Assembly: GCA_964016885.1 (NCBI GenBank)
Contig: OZ024742.1
Span: 59,396,001-59,460,000 of the forward strand
Length of the DNA: 64,000 nt
Direction of reading: 5' to 3'
Source: Eledone cirrhosa
Lineage: Eukaryota
A model generated the notes under the pieces. The model was not told where the DNA came from and ran no database searches. It was given only the letters and a program-made list of their open reading frames with translations. This document shows positions 42,490 to 54,218 of the stretch, piece after piece (the first letter of the stretch is position 1; every line of letters begins with the position of its first letter). A program made the position numbers and the translations under genes.

Positions 42490-42552
<63 letters not shown>

Positions 42553-42555
<3 letters not shown>

Positions 42556-42592
42556 TCAATAGAGTGCTCAACCGAGGGAGCCAAATAGTAAT
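42553..42592 (-). mobile_element. 40-bp PLE fragment inserted in (TA)n
   Basis: aagtcaatagagtgctca.ccgaggg.gccaaatagtaata matches 40639-40679, just upstream of the PLE start codon. Confidence 0.85.
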
Positions 42593-42870
42593 ATATATAT
42601 ATATATATATATAACTATAAATTAAATTGATAACAAAATTAACAAATGTGTAACATATGGATCTAATTTGGTGAATGATTATTTCAATAAGTTTATATAG
42701 TATTTACTTTTGTATGTAATTTTGAATCAATAACATAAAATTGACACATCTCAGTGGAATCGAAATAGGTGAAGTAGTATATATCACTATTTTAGGTCCC
42801 TCTCTTCTGTGTTATGTAAAAAACAAATATTTAACTTTGCTCCATCTTTATGTTGAAAGCTAATAATAAT

Positions 42871-43012
42871 AATGGTTTCTTATATAGGCACAAGGCCAGC
42901 AATTTTGGGGGAGGGGAAAGTCGATTAAATTGACCCCAGTGCGTGACTGGTACTTTCTTTTATCGACCTTGTAAGGATGAAAGGCAAAGCTAACCTCGGC
43001 GGGATTTGAACT
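42871..43012 (-). mobile_element. SINE copy
   Basis: Tail aatggtttcttatataggcacaaggcc, body ends at the B-box. Confidence 0.85.
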
Positions 43013-43029
43013 AATAATATAAATATATC

Positions 43030-44070
43030 TAATTCTATGCTGCGAAGCAGAGTGTCCGACGGTCTAGTCCTGGTGTAATCTTGGGAATGCGGACTTTAAC
43101 AGCTCTTTTTCCCATATGGGAGGGGTACATAATGACCTGGCTGGTTTTGCCAGAGGTTACAGAGTGTTTTATAGCGATGGCTTCTGACTTGAACAGCACC
43201 GAAATGATGCCGTATTGTCTGCCTCTCGTTATGTATTCTGTGTCATCTCTGATGCTCCTCAGTGCTGCTTCGACTGGGGAGTGCTGGTCACTTTTTTCGT
43301 CTCTACTGAGATACATCTAAAGACCTCAGTTCTCTCTCCACCGCTTCTATAGCCTCTGGCGGGACAGCCTAGTTGGCCTAGCTTTGCTTTTGTTTCACGA
43401 GCTTCCAGACCTGGGACAACATTTTCTCTTTTTGTGTCAGATCCATGCTAAAGCACGGCTTTTTTAACTGCTGCAGCAGCGAAAGAGTTCTTATTTTTGT
43501 CTGTATTGCTGGTCACGTTGTTGTTAGCGTTGTTGTTGCTTTCAGTCTTCTTCGAGTTGATCTTGTTGTTGGTTTTGTTGTTGTTGTCACTGTTGCAGTT
43601 GGTGTTGGTGTTGTTCTTGGAGCTGTTGCCATTATTCTTTCACTTGTTTCTTCGTGGCTTTTGGTGCTGTCATTGCAATGTTGTTGCCGGTGTTGCTAAT
43701 TTTATTGTTGAATTTTGTGTTTGTAATTGTTATTTTTTCGGTCTTTACAATGGTGCTTGTTATTGTTGTGTTACCCCTCCTCTCAACTTTTAAGTCGCCA
43801 TCTCGAGGCGGCAGACTTATTGCTGTGGGGTCGTGTTTCCTCCATTAAAAAAAAGATAAGCAAACAAAAAACAAACCTACAAAGTTCCAATATTTGGGCC
43901 AAAATGCCAAACATTATAGTCTCCCTTTCACAGCGCACAGAGGGGAGACCTATGAACCTTTTGCAGCAAAAAATCAAATACAACCCCCCGCCACCATAAA
44001 AACGCCCACTCAAATTTGAAAACTCACGGACCCTCCAAAAACACGTCTTCTCTTGTATCGGATATAACTT
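43030..44070 (-). mobile_element. probable Tx1-type LINE 5' region / ORF1 remnant
   Basis: Low-complexity T/N/Q-rich N-terminus followed by EYITRGRQYGIISVLF...MGKRAVKVRIPKITP. The composition resembles 5680-6619. Confidence 0.5.
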
Positions 44071-44087
44071 TCACACGTGACTGTTAT

Positions 44088-44563
44088 AGCGAATTGGCAG
44101 TATCGGTAGAGGGTCGGACGCCATGCTTTCCAGCATAGTTACGTCCCTTTACGGTCGAGTTCTAATCCCGTCGAAGTTAACTTTGCCGTTCATCCTTACG
44201 GGGTCGATAAAATGTACTGGGTAATTGCTGGCCTTGTGCCAAAAGTAGAAACAATTATTTAAGATAACCATTGACAATTCATGTTTCAAACATTGAGGTT
44301 AGGAAGAACATTCGTTATTGACGTTTAAACTATTGGTTGATTTTCTGAAGTCCAATATCATTATCAAATCAACGTTATATATTTTATTTATATTTCAACA
44401 AAAACATGGAAAATGAATAAATTTAATAATATCAATTATATTATTTATTCTGAGTTCAAATCCCGCCGAGGTTAACTTTGCCTTTCCTCCTTACGGGGTT
44501 GATAAAATAAAGTACCAGTAATGAACTGGTAATTGCTGGTCTTGTGCCAAAAGTAGAAACAAT
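44088..44563 (+). mobile_element. two SINE copies (44088-44256, 44449-44563)
   Basis: Both end in gg(c/t)cttgtgccaaaagtagaaacaattattt. Confidence 0.85.
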
Positions 44564-45336
44564 TATTTATATCAATTATTTTTATAGAATTCGAGTGTAA
44601 TTTTGTCTAGTGGTACCAATTAAAAAACCTTGAAATTTCAGTTGTTAAAAAATCTATTTTTGTTTTTTACATTATTTTCGATATAGTGGTAATTTCTATG
44701 AAGAAATTCTCTATAAGCTATGATTGGTAGGTATTTAGACGTATGTTGACTTCACAGATGCTTACTTCAAGTTATTCTGTAATTTAGTTGACCTATATCA
44801 CGTATGCAATCATCAACAGAGAGTTAGCTACAAATATTCTATAATGTATCCGATCCCATACAAAGAACCTCGTATCCCAGAGAAACCACCATTATCTTTT
44901 TGCGTCTTCAGGTTTTTGTGGACCATAGACTGAGAACGTCTGCTGCAGTATATTATAAGAGCAATCATGATTGTGAGGATACGACTTTCAGTTCACAATC
45001 ACGTGTATAGGTGGCTCTCTACAGACATGAAGGTGAATATACATAAACATATGTCCATATATACATAAAAATATTAGTACTACTATGCACGTATGTGAAG
45101 ATGTGTGTAAATATATGTATTCACATATGTCTGTGTAATATAAACGAGTGTGCATAACATTACGTGTGTGTCAACTCGAGACAAATAAATTAAAACACTT
45201 TATTCTTCCTGACAACATCAAGATAGCAGTTTTGTCTGGTTACGTCAATAATCAAAACACCACCACCAATCCTTCTTCTTCTTCTAGATGATTTAATACA
45301 AATGAAACAGTTCTAACCATGCAGAAGACATTTCTA

Positions 45337-45410
<74 letters not shown>

Positions 45411-45479
45411 GAGTTGAAATACATATAAATATGTGTCTGTGTGTGTCGGACACACGTACACATAAAAAAGCTGCCGACC

Positions 45480-46070
45480 TAAATGTGCCTGTCATGCCTG
45501 CCTGAATTTTCGGTCAGTTGCTGACTTGACCGATTAACCCCGCAATTACTACGTAGCGGTTCTTGCACGTGACTGCTGGACCCGGATGAAACGAAGACGA
45601 AGAATTTCCTTGCGTACCGTTTTGTACCACAGATGCGATCTCACCCTGCTTCGTTAATGTCCTATCGACACGAAAGTTCAACGTTCGGGCGAATAGATTT
45701 GAATCCAACCACCAACAACATAGCTGGATGACCGATAATCACACCAAACCGGAGTACTGTGATCCTTGTGATTTCCAGATATATAACCACTGACACTGTT
45801 ACGAAGACCAGAAAACCATACTCCATATATTGAACCAATTGATTGATTTGTGCGACCAAAATAACACCAAACACATATTGAACTAGGAATATTGGATCCT
45901 CCGTCAATGTCCGGGTGAGCAAAAATAGATTTCTATCTGCATTGGAATTTACAAACTTGTGCATCTGCTGTGGTGTCAAAAACAAACGCACATGACCGCA
46001 CAAATAAACAATGGACCATGCCACGTGGCTTGAACCCGTAAGTGAATTGAAGGTTCTGCAACTCTGATAC
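45480..46070 (-). pseudogene. possible degenerate Ty3/gypsy protease-region remnant
   Basis: GC-richer island. Minus-strand frames give FVFDTTADAQV, GGSNIP and LRFGVIIG..LLV, loosely like retropepsin FLVDTGAQVS...GSNIP...FGLLVD. Weak evidence. Confidence 0.3.
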
Positions 46071-46743
46071 ACATATTATTTATTATTAAGATGTATAAAC
46101 TGGACATAACTATTATCATCTTATATTCTCTCAACTAATCACACTTGATCATATTTCTCTATCCTGTTTTCTCCCCCCATAATTATTATATTTTTATTTT
46201 TATTATTATTTGAAAAAATCGGTTTTTTTACATTGTGTTTTCCCCTCCAAATATTCGCTTATATTTCTTTATATATTCTCTATATATATTTTTTAATTTT
46301 TTTATCTTTATTATTTCCACTTTTATCCTCCTTTATATTTTACCTTATTCTTACTTTTATACCTTATTATAGTGTAATCTTCCCCATGCCTTATTATACA
46401 CTATTAATTATAGATTATTATTATTACTCTTTTTCCATTTCTAATTACCTCATGTACCTTCTCCTCCGCTATATATATATATATATATTGTACGCCCTTT
46501 GTGTTTGTGTAGCCTCTGCGCACCCTCTGCACCATACTATCGACGCCACCCCGTCTATGGTTCAGCTAACCATCCGACTCCCGGGAATGAATATGACCGC
46601 AGCTAGTAAACAAGGACCCACACCCCACCCCCCCGCACCAAAATTAGACTTATCGTCCCCTACTTTTGCTCTTTACTCTCTTTACTCTTTGTTCTTGAAT
46701 GTTTGGTTGGTAGAGTCCATAACACCAATCAAACCCCTTTTAT

Positions 46744-46790
46744 AGCTCTGACGAATCCTACGGTTACGTAAGGAAGAAACATTGTAAGCC
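46744..46790 (+). ncRNA. minimal hammerhead ribozyme in PLE-type 3' end (~46100-46833)
   Basis: gct CTGACGA a tcct acggttacgta agga a GAAAC att GTA agc, followed by AATAAA (46791) and then (TA)n. Confidence 0.75.
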
Positions 46791-46829
46791 AATAAAAATC
46801 TTTTGATGTTGTAGACGCTCTTGTGTTCT

Positions 46830-46880
<51 letters not shown>

Positions 46881-46920
46881 ATATTAATAAATGGAAACTA
46901 TATTTATAAAACAATATTTA

Positions 46921-46982
46921 TTTTATTATACGTATTTCAAGGGCAACCAAGGCAAATTATGGTGCGCTTTCATCAGATAAAA
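46921..46982 (-). ncRNA. minimal hammerhead ribozyme in solo pLTR (46877-47045)
   Basis: Minus strand ttttat CTGATGA aagcgcacc...ggttgccctt GAAAT acgt ATA ataaaa. Homologues at 59695-59755 (+) and, core-deleted, at 56205-56302. Confidence 0.75.
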
Positions 46983-47141
46983 TACAGATTTATTTTATAA
47001 ATAAATATTGACATACCCGGAATAAAAGACAACCTTAACGGTTGGAGCTTCCTGGATAGTGGAAGCTTCCTGGATATATATATAGAGATAGAATGAGAAA
47101 ATGCGAAGTAGTTTCAAATGTTAAAGTCCTTTATTGATAAT

Positions 47142-47216
47142 GCTGTGATACATATTTCAATGACAACAGTGGCCACATGTTTCCGTGTACCCATTGCCGT
47201 GACATCATCAGACAGC
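47142..47216 (-). ncRNA. hammerhead ribozyme with extended stem II (family H4)
   Basis: gctgt CTGATGA [46 nt] GAAAT atgt ATC acagc, with perfect stem I. Confidence 0.78.
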
Positions 47217-48370
47217 TTCTTATATAATAAGGTTACGTTCCCAAGGCAATCCAAACAGAAACGACAAGGGAACGGACAAGGCGCGTATTCTTGAATCTCC
47301 TGCCCGTTCCCCTGTGGTCCCCAATTCACCTCCGCAAGTCTTGCGCAGGCGCAAACGGAAGTTGACCATCCAATGCACCAAACTAACCGAAAAGTACCCT
47401 ATGCAGGTGCCCCACCCCTCCAACCAAACGGCCACCCCATCTAGGCTGGTAATATGACACGGCAATTTGCTTTGCCAGTGGTAGCTGACCGAAATCTAGT
47501 GGTGGTGGCAGAGCATGAGTTTCAATAGTTCTTAATACTACCCTTAATCTATACCTGGACAATGGGGTTGACCATCCCCGCTAGGTTATTATAAACTTAT
47601 TTCTAGATATGGTTTCACAGTGGAAATTAAGATTGATAATTAGAAATTAATCGTTAAAAACTTGATTGAAGTGAATAAAAAAGTATATATAAATAAGAGT
47701 AAATAGGGAGATGTTTAAATTAAAGTAAGTAGTTTTGAAAATGGGATCACTATTGGATACTACAGATATATTACCCATATAATTGAACGATAGTACCGTA
47801 TAGTAGAACGGAAGATAAATTAAGGTATGAAACATAGTAATTAGGCAAACAATTTGTTAATATATTCTACCGCAAGAATCAAAACCAAACCAAAAGAAAA
47901 GGTACATAGATACAAAATGAGAGAGGAAACAAATATGGGAAAAAATATATATAAGAAAGGTAGACATGTATATCGATCGGTATGGCGATGAAGGTAGAAG
48001 TGGTGGAAATGTTTGTCAATTTGACCATCTAAAATGTATAAAAATTCGTTATCGAATGAAGTGAGGGTGTCTCCATGCAAAATGTAAGTTACTGTCGAAA
48101 GTTTGTTTATAATTTTAATTTCATCCAGTAGAAGGGATATCCGTGGCAGAGGGAATTTCCGGGTGTAGCTGATGGCTGTTGCCTTCCCTTCTTCACTATA
48201 TTGGTTACACCATAAAGCGCTCAACATTTTAGGAGCATAAATCTTAAGGTAAATATTGATGTAATTCACATCAAGAACTCGACGCACTTTTTCCACATAG
48301 GAAAAACGGAGTATATTTAGAATGAGAAAATGCGAAGTAGCTTCAGATGTTAAAGTCCTTTATTGATAAT

Positions 48371-48445
48371 GCTGTGATACATATTTCAATGACGAGAGTG
48401 ACCACACGAATCCGTGTACGCAATGACGTGACATCATCAGACAGC
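48371..48445 (-). ncRNA. hammerhead ribozyme with extended stem II (family H4)
   Basis: Same intact core and stem I as 47142-47216. Confidence 0.78.
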
Positions 48446-48448
48446 TTC

Positions 48449-49449
48449 GTATGTGTGTGTGTGTGTCTGTGTCTGTGTATTACCTATAGGGGCCTACATC
48501 TTACGACCGATTTTCATGAAACTCTACAGGCTCATAGATTAGTCATCGGGGAGTTTTTTTTCCATATATCAGCGTATCGTTTTTTTTTTTTTTATTCTGG
48601 GGTCATTCTGCAGATAAAAATCGATAGGTGTCACCTATTTTCAGAGAAATCGAAAAATAAGATTTTTCGCTCTAGCTCCCACATTTTGCCACTGATTTCG
48701 TTCAAATTTTAAAGCAAAGTAGAATTTATCATTGCACATCATGTAATGGCTTTATATTTTGCATTTGTTGTTGAGGGACGGCGTAGCAGCCGCTTAAATA
48801 TTCAAAAATACCACTTTTAGACTCAAATTTCTACTTATTCGGCTCTAGCTCCCACATTAATCAACCTATTTTGTTCAGATTTTACACTACGCTAGATCTG
48901 ATTATTTCACGTCTTAAAGTGTGGCTTTACATTTTGGATTTTTTGTTCAGGAACGGTGTGGCATACCACCGTCGAAAATACCACCTTTTCGTTCAAATTT
49001 CCGCCTTTTCGGCTCTAGCTCCCAAATTTTTAAACCGATTTCGTTCACATTCGAAACTTCGGCTTCACCTTACACATAAATCCATTTACTTGGTTCAACT
49101 TTTATACTACGATAGAACCTATCATTGCACATCTTATAGATGGTCAAAGGCAAAATGATGGCCACTGACGTCGTCTGAGCTTTTAGATGTGTATTTGAGA
49201 ATTCATCGGTTTCCAATCAAGTAGCGTGAGGAAATTTGGCTTAGTGTTAGAGGTCATTACCTCCCTCCCCCAGTATGCCCATTTGTCAGTCACCCGCGTT
49301 TTTCAGTGATAGAGGTCATCACCACCCTTCCCCGCATGGCCTGTGTGTGGCCATAGATGAGTCATCGAGAAGCAGTCGCTAATATCAACACATTTTCATC
49401 AAAGCAGATATTATTTTATCTACCCAGGCAACGCTGGGTACTGCTGCTA

Positions 49450-49450
<1 letters not shown>
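48449..49450 (+). mobile_element. non-autonomous Helitron (5' end obscured)
   Basis: 3' hairpin cccaggcaacgctggg then CTAG (49447-49450)|t. 5' GTGT/CTGT microsatellite plus accgattttcatgaaact. Internal repeats gctctagctccca at ~48669, 48842 and 49012. Confidence 0.8.
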
Positions 49451-49514
<64 letters not shown>

Positions 49515-49515
<1 letters not shown>

Positions 49516-50610
49516 TTTTTCTTTATCTGAAAACGCGTGTTGAAACCGATAGTGTTATACTTTGGGAGGGTAATGTTGCCAATAAGAAACACACGCACCA
49601 GTTGCTTTCACTTTCATTTATTATAATAAATTTATAAATTTAAGAATTTATAAATTTCCGGTTGGTTGGTTGGTTCCACAACCAGATGATTGTTTATATA
49701 TTGTCAAAGTTCTTTCGTCACACATTCTGTGACCTCTTCAGTGACTGGGGATTCTTTTCTTTGTTTTTGTGCCTTTCCTTTGTTCTGTCCTACGCCATCT
49801 TGTTTTTTTGTGTGTGTGTTGTGTGCTTAGTTTGCGCATGTGTTTCATCCCGGTGTCTGTGTGTGTTTATATTCGTTTATTTATTTGTTTATTTACATGT
49901 TACTGGTTGGTTGTTTGTTCTATGTGCGTGTGTGTTTTCATTTTGTCCTTAATTGTAAGTTGTGATGTTGCTGTTCCACTCATGTTTTCTATTTAATTTT
50001 GGTTGGAGTTCATTTATATTTATTGCCTCTATGATTTGTCTAAATATTGCGTCTTTTCTGTGTGTAGAATCTGTTTTTATTTCTATGTTCTCTAATTTAC
50101 CCTTATGTTCTATTTTAGCATGTTGGTAGAGTACAGATGATTCTTTACTATCTTCAAGGTCTCGCCAGTGTTCATTTATCCGTTCCCCTATACTACGAGC
50201 TGTCTCACCTATGTACACTATATTTTTTATCTCTACATTGTCCTTCAGTACATCTTATGCTATATACTACATTTCTAGTTTTACAGTTAATATGGGGGCT
50301 TAATTTACAGATTATACATTTCTTATCTATACAGGGAGGTCTTTCAAAAGGGTATGTATTGCTAATAAGTGTTTTTATGGAGGTATCTGGTCTTTCTACT
50401 ATCTTAATATTGAGTTTATGTTTATCTAGGGCCCTTCTAAATTTGTAAGCTAATTCCCTCTTAGGGATTTTATCGATGAACATTACACTCTGGTATTTAT
50501 TGCTATCATACCATGAGTTTATTCTATTAGCCTTATTCCTAGTTCTTTCTATTCTATTCCAAAATTTGCTCCTATACAAGGGGCAGGTCCCATTTGTGTC
50601 ATTATTTACC
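49515..50610 (-). mobile_element. PLE family P, 5'-truncated copy 1 (GIY-YIG + pLTR, HHR 49702-49746)
   Basis: CIDKKCIIC...NCKTRNVVYSIRC...YIGETARSIGERINEH...EAININELQPKLN. Frameshift at ~50222. (TA)n on both sides. Confidence 0.92.
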
Positions 50611-50641
<31 letters not shown>

Positions 50642-50730
50642 TAATGGAAAAATTTGAACAGGGACAAAACAGAGAGGCAGTACAATAAATGTTTATTAAT
50701 TTCACGCTCAGGAGAGTGGGGGGTAAGTGG

Positions 50731-50768
50731 GGGACGACGTTTCGGGCATAAGCCCTTCCTCAGGTGAG
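50731..50768 (-). ncRNA. minimal hammerhead motif in another pLTR (~50645-51100)
   Basis: Minus strand cac CTGAGGA a gggc ttat gccc GAAAC GTC gtc. Stem I is weak. AATAAA downstream. Confidence 0.68.
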
Positions 50769-51104
50769 AAGTGTGTGGGAACAGATTTCAAAAGGTGTGT
50801 AGGGGAGTGGTGGAGAGACATATAGCGAAAGGAAACGGTGCGAATGAAAAAAAACAAATAAAGATAAAAAATAAAAATAAAGCATGATCAAAATACAAGG
50901 AATGAGAAAATTTAAAAATAAAGGCATATATATTATATATATATATTTAAAAAAATAGAGGTGTAACACACGAGTTGTGATATATTAGTAAAAGGAAAAG
51001 AAAAAGGTGACAAATTTTTCCCAGTGAAAAATAGTTTAATTAGGAATAAGTATAAATTAGTAATAAGTATTGGTTAGTATTCAGTTTTAGTTTTAGAATA
51101 TTAA

Positions 51105-52118
51105 TAGAATAGAAAGAACTAGGAACAAGGCTAATAGAATAAACTCATGGTATGATAGCAATAAATACCAGAGTGTAATGTTCATCGATACAACCCCTAG
51201 AGGCGAACTAGCCTACAAATTTAGAAGGGCCCTAAATAAACATAAACTCAATATTAAGATAGTAGAAAGACCAGGTACCTCCGTAAAAACACTTATTAGC
51301 AAGACATACCCTTTTCAAAGACCCTCATGTATAGATAAGAAATGTATAACCTGTAAAATAAGCCCCCATATTAACTGTAAAACTAGAAATGTATTGTATA
51401 GCATAAGATGTACTGAAGGACAATGTAGAAACAAAAATATAGTGTACATAGGTGAGACAGCTCGTAGTAGAGGGGAACGAATAAATGAACACTGGCGAGA
51501 CCTCCAAGATAATAAAGAATCATCTGTGCTCTACCAACATGCTAAGATAGAACACAGGGGTAGATTAGAGAGCATAGAAATAAAAATAGAATCCACACAC
51601 AGAAAAGACGCAATGTTTAGGCAAATTACAGAGGCAGTAAGCATAAAAGAATTAAAACCAAAATTAAATAGAAAATATGAGTGGAACAGCAACATCACAA
51701 CTTACAATTAAGGACAAAATGAAAACACACACACACATAGAACAAACAACCAACCAATAACATGTAAATAAATAAATAAATAAACAAATAGATAAATGAA
51801 CATAAACACACACAGACACCCGGATGTGGCGCATGCGCAAACTGAGCACACAACACACACACAGAAACAAAATGGCGTAGGACAGAACAAAGGAGAGGCA
51901 CAGAAACAAAGAAAGGAATCCCCAGTCACTGAAGAGGTCACAGAGTGTGTGACGAAAGGACTATGACTATATATAAACAACTATCTGGTTGTGGAACCAA
52001 CCAACTAACCAGAAATTTATAGATTTATAAATTTGTAAATTTATAAATATATAATAAATTGAAGTGAAAGCAATTGGTGCGTGTGTTGCTTATTGGCAAC
52101 ATGACCCTCCCAAAGTAT

Positions 52119-52125
<7 letters not shown>
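51105..52125 (+). mobile_element. PLE family P, copy 2 (GIY-YIG ORF 51178-51711 + pLTR)
   Basis: Near-identical reverse complement of 52860-53972. Ends in (TA)n. Confidence 0.93.
51924..51968 (+). ncRNA. minimal type I hammerhead ribozyme
   Basis: agtca CTGAAGA g gtcaca gagtg tgtgac GAAAG ga CTA tgact. Perfect stems I and II, CUA triplet. Confidence 0.88.
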
Positions 52126-52156
<31 letters not shown>

Positions 52157-52158
<2 letters not shown>

Positions 52159-52460
52159 GGTAACAAGTTATCGTTATAGGTAATCCAGCTAGAGGTTGTG
52201 AGTACTTTGCGTCGTGGATAGTTTTAACGTACGGCTTTGTTTGACTCAACAAGATGCTTCTATAGTTATGTAGTGAGTTCGTGGTAATTTTTATGCAGGT
52301 TGTACTTGTAGTAATAATAGTTAAAGAATGAAGAATAACATGGTTGGCTGTACAATAAGGGCTTTATTTAGAGTACTGACAATTGTTTCGTTGATCAGGT
52401 GAGTCTAGAGTTCGTTAATCGCTTGAAGTTGCGTCATTCGATCTCCAATACATTATTTAC
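52157..52460 (-). mobile_element. pLTR-like repeat (family of 41128-41388)
   Basis: Homology as described for 41128-41388. GAAACAATTGTC palindrome and AATAAA on the minus strand. Starts at (TA)n. Confidence 0.7.
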
Positions 52461-52773
52461 CTCTGGTCAACACATCAGAGTACGTAGATATGAAAGTAAT
52501 TCACTTGAGGCAAGACTTATATAGAAAAATAGCGTATAATCAAAACAATAGCAACAATAATAAAATAGCGTATAATCAAAAAAATAACATCAATAATAAA
52601 ACATGTATGGTAAGTAGGTAGAGAAGTTACAGATGTAAAAAGTAAAAAGTAAAATATAAGATAGGGTACATTAATAAATAAGAAAATGAAACAAAGGAAA
52701 ATATGAAGAAATAAATAAGTGATAGCGTGAAAGTACATAGTAGTAGTTTTTGAGTAATATATATATGTATGTG

Positions 52774-52804
<31 letters not shown>

Positions 52805-52808
<4 letters not shown>

Positions 52809-54176
52809 TTTCTGAATTTGTTTAGCAAGATTCTTTATCTGAAATCGTGTGTTGAAACCGATATTGTTATACTTTGGGAGGGTCATGTTGCCAATAAGAA
52901 ACACACGCACCAGTTGCTTTCACTTCAATTTATTATATATTTATACATTTATAAATTTACAAACTTATAAATTTCTGGTTGGTTGGTTGGTTCCACAACC
53001 AGATAGTTGTTTATATATAGTCATCGTCCTTTCGTCACACACTCTGTGACCTCTTCAGTGACTGGGGATTCCTTTCTTTGTTTCTGTGCCTTTCCTTTCT
53101 TCTATCCTACGCCATTTTGTTTCTGTGTGTGTGTTGTGTGCTCAGTTTGTGCATGCGCCACATCCGGGTGTCTGTGTGTGTTTGTGTTCATTTATCTATT
53201 TGTTTATTTATTTATTTATTTATTGTTGGTTGGTTGTTTGTTCTATGTGTGTGTGTGTTTTCATTTTGTCCTGTGTGTGTTTTCATTTTGTCCTTAATTG
53301 TAAGTTGTTTGTTCTATGTGTGTGTGTGTTTTCATTTTGTCCTGTGAGTGTTTTCATTTTGTCCTTAATTGTAAGTTGTGATGTTGCTGTTCCACTCATA
53401 TTTTCTATTTAATTTTGGTTTTAATTCTTTTATGCTTACTGCCTCTGTAATTTGCCTAAACATTGCGTCTTTTCTGTGTGTGGATTCTATTTTTATTTCT
53501 ATGCTCTCTAATCTACCCCTGTGTTCTATCTTAGCATGTTGGTAGAGCACAGATGATTCTTTATTATCTTGGAGGTCTCGCCAGTGTTCATTTATTCGTT
53601 CCCCTATACTACGAGCTGTCTCACCTATGTACACTATATTTTTGTTTCTACATTGTCCTTCAGTACATCTTATGCTATACACTACATTTCTAGTTTTACA
53701 GTTAATATGGGGGCTTATTTTACAGGTTATACATTTCTTATCTATACATGAGGGTCTTTGGAACGGGTATGTCTTGCTAATAAGTGTTTTTACGGAGGTA
53801 CCTGGTCTTTCTACTATCTTAATATTGAGATTATGTTTATTTAGGGCCCTTCTAAATTTGTAGGCTAGTTCGCCTCTAGGGGTTGTATTGATGAACATTA
53901 CACTCTGGTATTTATTGCTATCATACCATGAGTTTATTCTATTGGCCTTGTTCCTAGTTCTTTCTATTCTATTCCAAAATTTGCTCCTATACAAGGGGCA
54001 GGTCCCATTTATGTCATTATTTACCATTTTTTCCCATTTGGTTCTGGCTCCTTTATACACTCTGATTCTATCTCTCTGATTGTAGCCAGAGAACTGCATA
54101 CGGTGGATGAAGTGTTGTATGTGTCTCTCTAGTTCTTCGGGGTTGCACATGCGGGACACATTTCTCATCACCCGTA

Positions 54177-54178
<2 letters not shown>
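52805..54178 (-). mobile_element. PLE family P, copy 3 (thumb-linker-GIY-YIG + pLTR, HHR 53019-53063)
   Basis: The real coding part of ORF 53365-54366 begins at ~54178 (VRVMRNVS...RMQFSGY...). Local duplications at 53240-53365. (TA)n on both sides. Confidence 0.93.

Positions 54179-54218
<40 letters not shown>

Larger units (their letters stand above)
42131..42495. repeat. palindromic pLTR: ~174-bp arms (42131-42304 / 42322-42495), 17-nt loop
   Basis: Arms are reverse complements of each other. The right arm matches the PLE 3' end at 59225-59424. Confidence 0.95.
47085..48448 (-). mobile_element. short PLE derivative bounded by two direct HHR-bearing pLTRs (family H4)
   Basis: pLTRs 48448-48312 and ~47470-47085. 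The intervening ORF 47841-48296 resembles a decayed PLE linker and endonuclease end, with no RT. Confidence 0.72.

Noticed and set aside
45662-46072. hydrophobic 136-aa ORF as a membrane protein
   Set aside because: No recognisable family or convincing splice context. Better explained as retroelement debris, though this is unresolved.
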